IMG/VR virus record: IMGVR_UViG_3300025103_000125
Location: 1 to 27,176 of that record
Direction: 5' to 3' (one strand)
From: a virus
Lineage: Duplodnaviria; Caudoviricetes
DNA length: 27,176 bases
Part shown: piece after piece, positions 5,441-15,600 of the stretch
How positions within the stretch are numbered: the stretch's first letter is position 1
How the letters are laid out: each line of letters begins with the position of its first letter
Notes under the pieces: generated by a model
What the model was told of the DNA's origin: nothing
What the model saw: only the letters and a program-made list of their open reading frames with translations
Databases searched by the model: none
Program-made: the position numbers and the translations under genes

Positions 5441-6981
5441 TGGCTGATGATCCAATTGCAAAAAAGTACATCGAAAAGTACAACAAGGCTAAAGCCTTAA
5501 GGGATAAATGGGTTCCGCTTTTTGAAGAGTGCTATGAGTATGCGTTGCCTCAACGAGAATCATTCTATTACGAAGAGGCAGGGCAGCGCAGAGATGAAAA
5601 AATCTTTGACGAGACGGCTGTAGTTGGAGTTCAAGAATTTGCTAGCCGTCTACAGTCTGGTATAGTTCCTAACTTTGCGCGATGGGCTGACCTTATGGCA
5701 GGGAGTGAAGTACCCAAGAGCGAAAGAGAAGCCGTAGACAATCAGCTAGATGAAGTAACTGAATATGTTTTTGAGGTTTTGCAAAACTCAAACTTTAGCC
5801 AAGAAGTGCATGAATCTTTCATGGATTTAGCAGTTGGCACTGGTATTCTTTGCGTAGAAGAAGGCGATGCAGTTAATCCTATTAACTTCTCGGCTATACC
5901 ACTTCCGCATATAATTCTTGAGAATGGTCCTAATGGACAGATTGACCACGTTTATCGTGAGCGCAAGAAGGTTAAGTTCGATCATCTTGAGCTAATGTAC
6001 CCGAAGGGCAAGTTTAGCCCAAAGGTGCAAGCCATGATGGGCAAAGAGCAAGAGACTACCGTTCTTGAGATTGTTTGTAGAGACTACTCCAAAAAGAACG
6101 AATACTCCTATCTCCATTACGCTATCTGCCTGACAACAAGCACCTGCTTATATACGAAGGAATTAAGCGGTCTGGGTTCTAATCCATTTGTTTGCTTTCG
6201 TTGGGGAAAGTGCGCAGGTGAAGTATATGGGCGAGGGCCACTACTTAATGCCCTGTCTTCAATCAAGACAACCAACCTTACCATTCAGTTGATACTTGAG
6301 AACGCGCAGATGTCGATCTCTGGCATATATCAGATGGAAGATGACGGTGTAATCAACCCTGACACGATAAACTTAGTGCCCGGCACAATCATACCGAAAG
6401 CTATGGGGTCAACTGGCCTTCAGCCTATCCAAGCAGCAGGTAAGTTTGATGTTGCGCAGCTTGTTCTTAGCGATATGCGTCACAACATTAAACAAGCTTT
6501 ATACAATGATATGCTCGGCAAGCCTGACACCACACCCGCAACTGCAACAGAAGTCGCAGAGCGTATGGCAGACCTGTCTCGCAGAATGGGCGCAGCTTTC
6601 GGCAGATTGCAAGCAGAGCTAGTTCAGCCAGTATTGCAGCGTGTGATCTATATTCTTAAGAAGCAGGGTCGCATTGAAGTGCCAACAGTTAATGGCAGAG
6701 AGGTTAAGGTTCGATCTGTATCCCCATTAGCCCAAGCACAAGCAAACCAAGACATTTCTAGCGTAGCAAGATTCCTAGAATTAGTTGGTGGGACGTTTGG
6801 CCCTGAGATGTTGCAGCTTCTAATTGATGGTGAGCAGACTGCAATTCACCTGTCTAAAAAGTTTGGTGTACCAGAAAGCTTGATTCGTGATGAAGAACAG
6901 CGTAAACAAATAGCTGCATTAGCGCAGCAAATGGCGCAGCAGCAACAGCAACAGGGACAGATGGTTGCCGAACAAGGTTAA
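5440..6981 (+). CDS. Portal (head-tail connector), T7 gp8/BPP-1 Bbp21 family
   Basis: 513 aa; DLAVGTG, GEVYGRGP, TATEVAER, RLQAELVQP and SPLAQAQ motifs. Confidence 0.95.
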   Translation: MADDPIAKKYIEKYNKAKALRDKWVPLFEECYEYALPQRESFYYEEAGQRRDEKIFDETAVVGVQEFASRLQSGIVPNFARWADLMAGSEVPKSEREAVDNQLDEVTEYVFEVLQNSNFSQEVHESFMDLAVGTGILCVEEGDAVNPINFSAIPLPHIILENGPNGQIDHVYRERKKVKFDHLELMYPKGKFSPKVQAMMGKEQETTVLEIVCRDYSKKNEYSYLHYAICLTTSTCLYTKELSGLGSNPFVCFRWGKCAGEVYGRGPLLNALSSIKTTNLTIQLILENAQMSISGIYQMEDDGVINPDTINLVPGTIIPKAMGSTGLQPIQAAGKFDVAQLVLSDMRHNIKQALYNDMLGKPDTTPATATEVAERMADLSRRMGAAFGRLQAELVQPVLQRVIYILKKQGRIEVPTVNGREVKVRSVSPLAQAQANQDISSVARFLELVGGTFGPEMLQLLIDGEQTAIHLSKKFGVPESLIRDEEQRKQIAALAQQMAQQQQQQGQMVAEQG

Positions 6982-7225
6982 TATTGGGATAGACGGAATA
7001 CAAAGACCCTCTGCTAAAGATGTGGAGGTAAGCCACAATATCGCCCATGTATTTAGTTCGCCCACAGGACAGGAAGTCCTGCGTTATCTGCGCTCCATTA
7101 CAATCGAAATGGTTAATGGGCCTAATGTGACTACAGAAGAGTTGCGACATATAGAAGGTCAACGTTATCTCGTTGGCCTTATTGAGCAACGTATCTCACA
7201 TTCGCACAGGAGTAAGAACAAATGA
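6965..7225 (+). CDS. Bbp19-like small protein
   Basis: FSSPTGQEVLRYL...EGQRYLV pattern between portal and scaffold; TTG start. Confidence 0.75.
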   Translation: MPNKVNIGIDGIQRPSAKDVEVSHNIAHVFSSPTGQEVLRYLRSITIEMVNGPNVTTEELRHIEGQRYLVGLIEQRISHSHRSKNK

Positions 7226-7956
7226 ACGAGACAGTAGCCGAAGCAACAGCCGTAGAAGCGCCTACAGAAGAGCGTGATTTCGTTGTAGCAGAAGACAGCC
7301 AACCACAACGACCAGAGTGGTTGCCCGAAAAATACAGCACAGGTGAGGACTTAGCTAAAGCGTATAAGGAGCTAGAGTCAAAGCTTGGCACAAAAGATGA
7401 AGACATTCGATCTAAGATCATCGAAGAGATTCAGACCGAAGCCTTTAGCGAGAGGCCAGAGTCAGCAGGTGATTATCAACTGCCAGAAAGCGTTGACCAA
7501 GAGTCTGCTGTAGACAATGAGCTTTTACAGTGGTGGGCTGAACATTCTTTTGAAAATGGGTTTTCTCAGGAAGAGTTTAATAAAGGCATTGAAATGTACT
7601 CCCAAGCTGTAGGAAACGCACAGCCAGACCTTGAGGGCGAAGCCGCAAAGCTAGGTGAAAATGCAAATGACCGTATACAAGCGGCATCTATGTTTGCCGA
7701 TAAGTTCTTTCCTACTGAAGCAATCCCTGCCGTAGAGCGCATGTGTGAAAGCTACGAAGGAATCCTTGCGCTTGAAACAATAATGGAAGCAATGAAGGAC
7801 GGTTCATTTGCAGCAGAAGCGCAATCAACAGCAGGTCAAAGTGAGGCCGATCTAAGGGAGATGATGAGTGACCCAAGATATCATAAAGACCGCGACCCTC
7901 ACTTCATCAAGCAAGTCACCGAAGGATACCAAGCCCTTTACTCAAGAAGAGGTTAA
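7222..7956 (+). CDS. Capsid assembly scaffolding protein
   Basis: Acidic; RPEWLPEKY, LAKAYKELESKLG and C-terminal MSDPRY motifs; position before capsid. Confidence 0.88.
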   Translation: MNETVAEATAVEAPTEERDFVVAEDSQPQRPEWLPEKYSTGEDLAKAYKELESKLGTKDEDIRSKIIEEIQTEAFSERPESAGDYQLPESVDQESAVDNELLQWWAEHSFENGFSQEEFNKGIEMYSQAVGNAQPDLEGEAAKLGENANDRIQAASMFADKFFPTEAIPAVERMCESYEGILALETIMEAMKDGSFAAEAQSTAGQSEADLREMMSDPRYHKDRDPHFIKQVTEGYQALYSRRG

Positions 7957-8467
7957 GATTTTAAAAAGGGGGCGTTATTATATGACCCCCTTTACCTTAC
8001 GTCATGTTGATGAAGTTGTTGCCAACTTGAGTAGGGAAAATAAAAGAGAGCTTGCCATCTTAGGTCACACTGACGTTGAGCAAGCCATCATTGAGATGTA
8101 CGAAACATCCGAGTGCTATCTTGTAAGGCGAGAAGGCGAAAGCTTTATAGCTGTTGGAGGTCTGTTCTTTACTGAAGATCAAGACTTTCCTCAAATGTTC
8201 TGCATGTTCTCAAATAAAATAAAAGAAAACTTCACTATGCTAGCGCGTGGATCAAGGATGTTGGTTAACTTCTTTGACAAGACTCAGCCCAACATGACCA
8301 TGACTATCCTAGCCGATTATGAGGGGATATTGCAGTGGGCAGCTTGGCTTGGCTTTGAACCTGTCGGCACTTCAGTGGTCGGAGAAAACAAGTATGTTGA
8401 ATTTGTGCGTTGCAATCCGAACAAAAAGAATGTTTACGATAGCTCATTACGGCCCATAATGCACTGA
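7868..8467 (+). CDS. GNAT-fold protein, T7 gp13/DUF2833-like (start uncertain: GTG 7868 or ATG 7982)
   Basis: LSRENKREL...G near the N-terminus and ILQWAAWLGF near the C-terminus, typical of gp13-like acyltransferase folds. Confidence 0.65.
   Translation: MTQDIIKTATLTSSSKSPKDTKPFTQEEVKILKRGRYYMTPFTLRHVDEVVANLSRENKRELAILGHTDVEQAIIEMYETSECYLVRREGESFIAVGGLFFTEDQDFPQMFCMFSNKIKENFTMLARGSRMLVNFFDKTQPNMTMTILADYEGILQWAAWLGFEPVGTSVVGENKYVEFVRCNPNKKNVYDSSLRPIMH
8400..8440 (+). promoter_or_regulatory. Putative capsid promoter, copy 3 of ARTTTGTGCRTTG
   Basis: AATTTGTGCGTTG at 8400-8412 within the GNAT gene; TACGAT at 8435-8440. Confidence 0.6.
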
Positions 8468-8514
8468 AAGGCCCGAAAGGATACCCTTATTGAAGTGCGA
8501 GAGTGGACACCCGT
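8449..8514 (+). promoter_or_regulatory. Structured capsid mRNA leader with a duplicated internal loop
   Basis: ACGG-C-CCA...TGG-ACAC-CCGT encloses GCACT/AGTGC and AAGG-C-CC-GAAA-GG-ATAC-CCTT. Confidence 0.7.
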
Positions 8515-8547
8515 TGTAAACTGCAACTTCAAACAAGGACTGTAAAA

Positions 8548-9357
8548 ATGGCTAATACAATTGACAATGCCTTTATCAAGCAGTTTGAAGCCGAAGTGCA
8601 TTTAGATTACCAACGTATGGGTTCTAAACTACGGAACACTTGTCGGTCTACAAATGTCACAGGTTCAACTGCTCGTTTCCAAGTAATCGGAAAAGGCGCG
8701 GCAACTACGAAATCTCGTAATGCCAACATAACCGCAATGGAACTGGCGCACTCAACCGTCGAAGTCACTATGGCTGACTGGTATGCTCCAGAGTACATTG
8801 ATAAACTAGATGAGTTGAAAATCAACATCAACGAGCGCCAAGCTGTAACAAAGTCTGCTGCTGCTGCGCTTGGTCGTAAGACTGATGAGCTTATCATTGC
8901 CGCACTAGACGCGGGTGCTAATAGCACTCAGGTCGCTGATACAGGTGGTGCGCTTGTAAAAGCAGACTTGCTTACTCTCTTTGAGACATTCGGATCAGAA
9001 GATGTCCCAGAAGATGGGCAGCGCTATCTAGCAATGTCTCCTGCGGGATTTGCTGATCTGTTCTCAATCACTGAATTTGCCTCCTCAGATTACGTTGGGC
9101 CTCAAAACCTACCGTTTGCAGGTGGCATGACAATGAAAGAGTTCTTGGGCTTTAAGATTTTCTCAACCTCAGCAGTAGCAGGGGGCAAGAACTTTGCCTA
9201 CCATACTTCGGCTGTTGGGCTTGGCATTAATGCTGATGTCCAAACTGAGATTAACTATGTCCCAGAGAAGGTCTCTCACCTTGCAACATCTATGATGTCA
9301 ATGGGGGCTGTCGTTATTGACGATGATGGCGTCTTTGAAGTCTTAGATAACAACTAA
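8548..9357 (+). CDS. Major capsid protein (269 aa, HK97 fold, Bbp17-like)
   Basis: MANTIDNAFIKQFEAEVH...YQRMGSKLR start with AAGGA RBS; AALGRKTDELII and VPEDGQRY motifs; synteny. Confidence 0.92.
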   Translation: MANTIDNAFIKQFEAEVHLDYQRMGSKLRNTCRSTNVTGSTARFQVIGKGAATTKSRNANITAMELAHSTVEVTMADWYAPEYIDKLDELKININERQAVTKSAAAALGRKTDELIIAALDAGANSTQVADTGGALVKADLLTLFETFGSEDVPEDGQRYLAMSPAGFADLFSITEFASSDYVGPQNLPFAGGMTMKEFLGFKIFSTSAVAGGKNFAYHTSAVGLGINADVQTEINYVPEKVSHLATSMMSMGAVVIDDDGVFEVLDNN

Positions 9358-9360
9358 GGG

Positions 9361-9380
9361 GTGGGGGCTTCGGCCCCCAT
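9361..9380 (+). terminator. Stable C-UUCG-G hairpin after the capsid gene, without U-tract
   Basis: GTGGGGGC-TTCG-GCCCCCAT, followed by ACTGCC-ATG rather than poly-T. Confidence 0.5.
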
Positions 9381-9386
9381 ACTGCC

Positions 9387-9971
9387 ATGCCAAGAGTAGC
9401 AGATTCCGCAATAGAAGTTGCAACCAACGCCTTATATCTTATTGGCGCAGATGCCATTACTGATTTTACGGCTGATACAGTAGAGGCAAAAGTTGCAAAC
9501 GCTCTTTATGAAGACATTGTTCGTACATCGTTTGCTTCTTTTCGGTGGCGTTTCGCGACTACACAATCCAATCTCACAAGATTAACAACAGCCCCTAAAG
9601 GTAAGTTTGATGCCGCTTATCACATACCTGCCTCCTGCATTACCGTAATAGGCGTAACGATTAACGATACTGCTATTAAATACGATATTTATGGGAACAA
9701 AATATTCTGTGATGCAACTTCAACAGATACTGTAGTCTTAGACTATGTTGAGCGTGAAGCTGAATCCAACTGGCCTTCTTACTTTACAACGCCAATTCAG
9801 TTTTTGCTTGCTGCATCGTTTGCAATCTCAATAGCTAGGGATGCGCAGTTAGCTGGCTTGATGGAGCAGAAAGCAGCTTCATTGTTTATGAAAGCTAGAA
9901 ACATTGACTCTCAGCAACAAACAACGCGCAAACTAAACACTTCGAGGTTTATTACTGAAAGGCGCAGCTAA
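9387..9971 (+). CDS. Tail tubular protein A (adaptor, T7 gp11-like)
   Basis: N-terminal NALYLIGADAI, RWRFA motif; size and position. Confidence 0.88.
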   Translation: MPRVADSAIEVATNALYLIGADAITDFTADTVEAKVANALYEDIVRTSFASFRWRFATTQSNLTRLTTAPKGKFDAAYHIPASCITVIGVTINDTAIKYDIYGNKIFCDATSTDTVVLDYVEREAESNWPSYFTTPIQFLLAASFAISIARDAQLAGLMEQKAASLFMKARNIDSQQQTTRKLNTSRFITERRS

Positions 9972-12208
9972 TGCAAAAGATCAGAATACCAATTAGCAGC
10001 TTTCAGTATGGCGAAGTAAGTGACTCTCTTATTATGAGAACTGACACTGCCGTCTACAATGCGTCAGCACAAAGTCTACAGAACATGGTTGTTATGGCAG
10101 AGGGGTCTGTCAAAAAGCGTTATGGCCTAAAGTTTATCTACGACTATAGCTTAAACAATCCTGCAAAAGAACAATCGCATTTGTTCCCATTTGTTTTTGA
10201 TGAAAACGAAGAATACATTATTTCGGTAGAACACCAGAAAGTAAGATGCTTTCGCCTTCTAACAGATGGTACAGTAAGTCTTGTTTCTACTATAACAGCG
10301 GACACAAGTAGCGCAGCGCTTCCCTTCGATCAAGATTATTTAAAAGAATACACTACATCGCAGTATGGTGATGTTATGTTTATCTGCCATCCACTCTTTG
10401 CGCCAAGGATGTTGACGCGAACAAGCCTTACTGCGTTTGAAGTTTCTACATATAGCTTTGACCAAAGGGCAGATAACAGCGATACGTTCCAACCTTACTC
10501 CAAGTTCCAAGGTCATGGCGTAACGCTTGATCCTAGCGCTACAACTGGAACAGGGATAACCTTAACAACAAGCGCTGCATATTGGGATACAACAGGCAGT
10601 CAGTCTGGTGGCAACTACGCTGACTCTCTGCATGTCGGCGTAGTGGTTAGATATAGCGGCAATGAGATTACAATAACCAGTGTTCAGTCTGCAACTCAGG
10701 CAACAGGTAATGTTGTAGATGAACTGTCAACTCGCCTGTCCGTTTTAAATCCATTTCGCACTATTGACGGAAGCACAACTGTAGAAGTTACTATGATAAA
10801 TCACGGCTTCTCAGGTAGTGAATCCATTACTTTTTCTGGGGCTTCAGCAACTGGCGGTATTAATACTGGCAACTTAAACGGGGCTAGAACTGTAAGCGGC
10901 ATTATCGACGAAAACACATTTACCTTTACTGCGGGTGGCGCTGCTTCCTCTGCTGAAGATGGCGGTGGTCAGGTAACTGTTGTAACCCATGCGCCTAGAG
11001 CAGATTGGGATGAGCAAGCTTGGTCAGCTAAGAGGGGCTATCCTGCGGCGGTAGAGTTCCATGAAAACCGCCTTTGCTTTGGCGGCACAATAGCAGAGCC
11101 AGATAATATTTGGATGTCACAGATTGGCGAGTTCTTTAACTTTGACGTAGGCGATGCAGCAGATACAGATTCTATCTCTATGGTAGCTGCAACAGGTGAT
11201 GTTAATGAAATAAGGTATCTTGTTTCAAACAGAGACTTGCAAGTCTTCACTGCATCTAATGAGCTTTATATTCCAACTTACCTTAATCAAGCCATTACGC
11301 CGACCAACGCACAGATAAGAAAGCAGACACCATATGGGGTCGAACACGTTGAGCCTACGTCAATAGACGGCGCAACAATCTTTGTGCAGAATAATGGTAG
11401 GATTATTCGGGAGTATATCTACACCGACACAGAGGAAGCCTATACAGCTACAGCTATCTCAACAATTGCCTCTCACTTAATAGATAACCCAAAGTATTTA
11501 GCCGTTGTTCATAGCGGCTTTGGCCTTCCAGATTCATACGCTGCCTTAACTCTTAACAATGGCGACCTTGCTTTGTTTTCCTCAAACAGAGCAGAGAAGA
11601 GAGCATCATGGACTAGGGTAGTAGCCAATGGCACATTTGGATCGGTTTGCAGCATTGAGGATCGCTTGTTTGCTAATGTCTATGATTCAGATGGTAACTT
11701 AAAGCTTTGTGAGTTTGATACTGAGGTTGGTTTGGATTTCTGGTTGTATGGTGCAATATCAACTAATGTTGTTGATGTAAGCGCTGTATATTCTTCTGGC
11801 GATTCTGTTGATGTAATTGCTATTAAAGACTCCACGCAATATTCGCTTGGAGCTTTTACTGTAAATGGAAGCAATCAGGTTGATTTGTCTGCGCACTCGG
11901 CATCAAGTTACACTCACGCCTATGTAGGCAAGAAGTACACAGCTAAAATAATAACAAATCCTGTTGATGTTGCTGTAAGCAATGGCCCTGCAACTGGCAG
12001 TGCGAGAGGAATTACCAACATTGTTTTAGACTTAAAGAACGCAAACTCAGTTAAGGTAAACAGCAGAACGCCAACGATGGCCTCTGGATTTACTGGTAAA
12101 AAAGAGTTTCGCTCTCTGGGTTATAGTCGTGACCCACAGGTTACAATTGAACAAGATGACCCGCTTACTATGCAGGTCAATGGAATAATCGCGGAGTTAA
12201 TAATATGA
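9971..12208 (+). CDS. Tail tubular protein B (nozzle, T7 gp12/P22 gp10-like)
   Basis: SFQYGEVS start, GSVKKRYG, QYGDVMFICH and GYPAAVEFHENRLCFGG; internal FCCH-like beta insert (NHGFSGSESITF...NTFTF). Confidence 0.9.
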   Translation: MQKIRIPISSFQYGEVSDSLIMRTDTAVYNASAQSLQNMVVMAEGSVKKRYGLKFIYDYSLNNPAKEQSHLFPFVFDENEEYIISVEHQKVRCFRLLTDGTVSLVSTITADTSSAALPFDQDYLKEYTTSQYGDVMFICHPLFAPRMLTRTSLTAFEVSTYSFDQRADNSDTFQPYSKFQGHGVTLDPSATTGTGITLTTSAAYWDTTGSQSGGNYADSLHVGVVVRYSGNEITITSVQSATQATGNVVDELSTRLSVLNPFRTIDGSTTVEVTMINHGFSGSESITFSGASATGGINTGNLNGARTVSGIIDENTFTFTAGGAASSAEDGGGQVTVVTHAPRADWDEQAWSAKRGYPAAVEFHENRLCFGGTIAEPDNIWMSQIGEFFNFDVGDAADTDSISMVAATGDVNEIRYLVSNRDLQVFTASNELYIPTYLNQAITPTNAQIRKQTPYGVEHVEPTSIDGATIFVQNNGRIIREYIYTDTEEAYTATAISTIASHLIDNPKYLAVVHSGFGLPDSYAALTLNNGDLALFSSNRAEKRASWTRVVANGTFGSVCSIEDRLFANVYDSDGNLKLCEFDTEVGLDFWLYGAISTNVVDVSAVYSSGDSVDVIAIKDSTQYSLGAFTVNGSNQVDLSAHSASSYTHAYVGKKYTAKIITNPVDVAVSNGPATGSARGITNIVLDLKNANSVKVNSRTPTMASGFTGKKEFRSLGYSRDPQVTIEQDDPLTMQVNGIIAELII

Positions 12209-12639
12209 GCGCTCAATTAGCATTAGGCTTAATGCAAGCTGGAGGTGCTTTAATCCAAGGGATAGGCGCTTATCAAACAGCAAAGCTTCAAACGTTTAAT
12301 ATTGGCACTGAATCTCAACTTGCAAATGCGCAAGGGATACAAACGCGCACAGCAGCGATAGGCGCATTTAAAAGCGCGGTTAAAAGTGCAGACGCTTTGT
12401 ATAGTAAATTTGGTCGTGATGTATCTGATCCATCTGCGTTAGCTCAAAAAAGGGCTGATAAAGCAGTTGTTGGGAGTGACATTTCAGATGTAGCAATTAT
12501 GGCAAGAATAAATCAGCTTGCTATGAAACAACAGGGTGCAGCCACAATGAGAAAAGGTCGAGAAAGCCTCTATGCTTCAATGATGGAAGCTGCAACGACT
12601 GGTGGTGAAGCCTACTTTGATTGGAAGAAGACTCAATAA
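12205..12639 (+). CDS. Small internal virion (ejection) protein, T7 gp14-like
   Basis: Hydrophobic Gly/Ala-rich N-terminus; Ala/Gln-rich helical body; position after the nozzle. Confidence 0.7.
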   Translation: MSAQLALGLMQAGGALIQGIGAYQTAKLQTFNIGTESQLANAQGIQTRTAAIGAFKSAVKSADALYSKFGRDVSDPSALAQKRADKAVVGSDISDVAIMARINQLAMKQQGAATMRKGRESLYASMMEAATTGGEAYFDWKKTQ

Positions 12640-15600
12640 TGGCTATTGTAAGACAACAAAAAAGATTTGGGATTGCGCCCATTGGCGTTACCAGAGTTCC
12701 AGTTGCAGGGCAAGAAATTGGTCAGGCTGTAAAAGAGTCAGCCGCCAAAATGAGAGCCAGAGCTTTTGAGTTTGAAAAAAACAAAGCTATTGAGTCAGGT
12801 GAGCTACAAGCAGCAGAGCTTGGAATTAATGAAATACTCTCCTTTGACCCAGATACCAAAAAACCAATTGCCTCTCAACAAGCAGATCACATGGGGGAGT
12901 TTCGGAAAAACGCTTTTGAGAGAGTTCTTCTTCAACGCTTCCAAACATCTGTAAGCGATCAAATATCAGCAAAAGCCAATGAGATTGCACAAAAGGTTTC
13001 TGTTGAAGACAATGCTCCAGAGTTATTTGAGCAGACCCTCAATGCTTACCTAGAAGGTATTGGGCAAGATGCGTCTGGCTATTACAAACAAGTCATTGTT
13101 GACGCAGGAGCATCAGCAAGAACCAGAGGCGAAAGCCAACTTGAAGTTTTGCAAATCCAAAAAATGCAAGAAGAAACAAGACTTGCTTACTCTCGGCTTT
13201 TAAATGACTTCTATGAGTCGGCTTATAACTCAGGTGCAAGTGGCGATGGTGACTTTCATGAGTTTTACCAAACACAAACCGCAGTTGGCACACAGTTTGA
13301 AGACTTCAAAACGCTAGGGATTGCGACTAACAACAAGTCTATAGAAGAGTTTAAAGCGGCAAAAACAGCTTTCCTTAAAGGAAGAATCTCAACTATACTA
13401 AAGCAGCCAGAAGTCGCAGAGTTTTCGGGCATGATACAAACCTACCTTCAAGTAGGCGGCAGCAAGGCAATAATGGATATACTGCCACAAAAAGCTCAAC
13501 ACGCGCTAAAGCAAGTTATGCTGCTCTCTGATGACTTTACACAAGCAGACTTTGTTTCTCTTTCTGCTGATCTGAATACAGAATTTAGCGCGGCTTCAAA
13601 TGTTGGCGCAGTGTTTGCCGAACAAAGAAGAATTGAGCAAGCGCGGATAGCCGAGGAACAAAAAGCTTTTGTCGCTGACCTTAAGCAGCAAGTTTTCGAT
13701 AACACTCAAATATTTGAAGACACATCAGCCGAAGCTTACATTAAGGGCAGAAATTTTACTCCAATAGAAGTAAAAAGCATTATGGCGCAGATGGATACTC
13801 TGCTTGATGAAGCTGCTTATTATCAGGCTGACATTGGCGCTGAAGCTTTTGGCAAACTAAAGACGGCAGTAATAAAGCAGAAAGAACAGCTTGCCGCAGG
13901 TCTTATGTCTCAATTGCTTTCTTTGCCTAGAAAGCCAAAAAAAGGACCAGCAAAAGGCGGTGTTAGCCATACTGTATTAAATAAAGAGCAGATTTCTTTT
14001 CTAATTGATGGGATTAAAGACCCAAAAGTTCTTTTTAGCATACTGCCAAAAGAACACGCTAATCTGTATTTTGACCTTATGATGGAGAACCCAACTCCAT
14101 TTAAGGATTTTTTAACTGGTCGGAAAAAAATAGCCACAACTGTACAGCAAGATAGAAAAGCTGCACTTTCGTTGGCTATGGATCGGCTTCAGACATCTAC
14201 TTTGCAAAGTATAAAGCTGAACACAACATCGTTAAGTGATGCAAAAGCAATTGCAGAGAAGTTTAAAGAAACATTTCGCTCAGAAAAGTTAATTGGGACT
14301 GAGTATCAAAGCGCTTGGAAAGAAATTTCAAACGCAATAACCGCTAAACAAAATGAAGATGATTTAGAAGGTTTTAAAGAATTTGCGTCAGGCCTTGTAG
14401 GTCGAGCTGGCTCTGGTGTAAAATTTAAAGATGTTGGGAAAGCTTTAGTAAGGGAGGGGGATGCGGTTGGGGCTAGTATAGATGTATTAACCTCACAGGC
14501 GCAAAAAATTGTTGATGATTATGCTGACTCTCAATTGAGAAAAACATTAGGGGGTCTTTCTCAAAATCCAAGCGAAAAAGTAGAATCTTTACAAAGGTTA
14601 GAAAGTTTTTTTCTAGGGGATGTTACAGTAGAGCTTACACAAGAAGAAAAGCTAATTGCTGACGCTGTAAATAAAGCTCAATTAAACATTAAAGGTACTC
14701 CTGTTCGTTTTAATAATAAACAAATTACATCTGTTCTTTCAGGTCTTGCCTCAAACGAAAGTGCAGATATTGATTCAGCACAAAAAGCGCGTACAAAAAC
14801 TGAGTTAGAGGCTAAAATTGACGCTAAAACACCATTTACTTCTGAACAATTAAAAGACCCAAGGGGTATTACAAACACTGCTGCTGAAATGCTTGGCCTT
14901 AATCCAAGTGACTTTCCTGATTTATACACAATGTCAAGTGAACAGATTTCAGAAATTAAAGGCATAGGCAATTTCTTAACTTACTCTAAGGGCAATCCGT
15001 ATTTTCCTAATATGCTTATTGTGGATTCTGCAAGAAGCCTTCTTGATGGTCAGTTAAATGACCAACAGGCAGAAAACTTTGCTATGCACTTAAGGGAAGA
15101 GTTCTTTTTTCTTCAAGATGGAAGGCTAAAAGTTAAACCTGCATATTTGGGTATTGATAGCGATCTAAGCCAAGAAGATATAGCCAAGCTCAAAGTGTTC
15201 TCAATGGCTGATTTGGTGTCAGCATCTTATCAAGGTGGTGTTGGCAGGTTTATAAATGAAGTTTTAATTGCCCAAAATTTAACTAAAGAACAGTTTAAAG
15301 GCATGACTAATTTTGAAGATGCTACTTCTTTGGCATTAGCCGCAAGTATTCCATCTCAATTAATTCCTAGCATTACTCCTGTTATTGAGGCTGCGGTTAT
15401 AGCAAATCAAATCGGGGGCAATAATTGGAAAAAAATTGTTAAGGGCATTTATGAAACAGGTTTTGTGGAAGACCCTAATGCTTATTCGATCTTTACTGGT
15501 GGCAGTGAGTTTTCGGCTCTTCATTGGACTGATTATCTTAGTGCGGATGACAAGCCAAAGTTTGATAGGTTTATAGCGCAAAAGCTCCAAAACATTAATA

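Noticed and set aside
9330-9390. T7 10A/10B-type capsid frameshift extension
   Set aside because: No slippery heptamer near the stop and no separate extension ORF before tail A.
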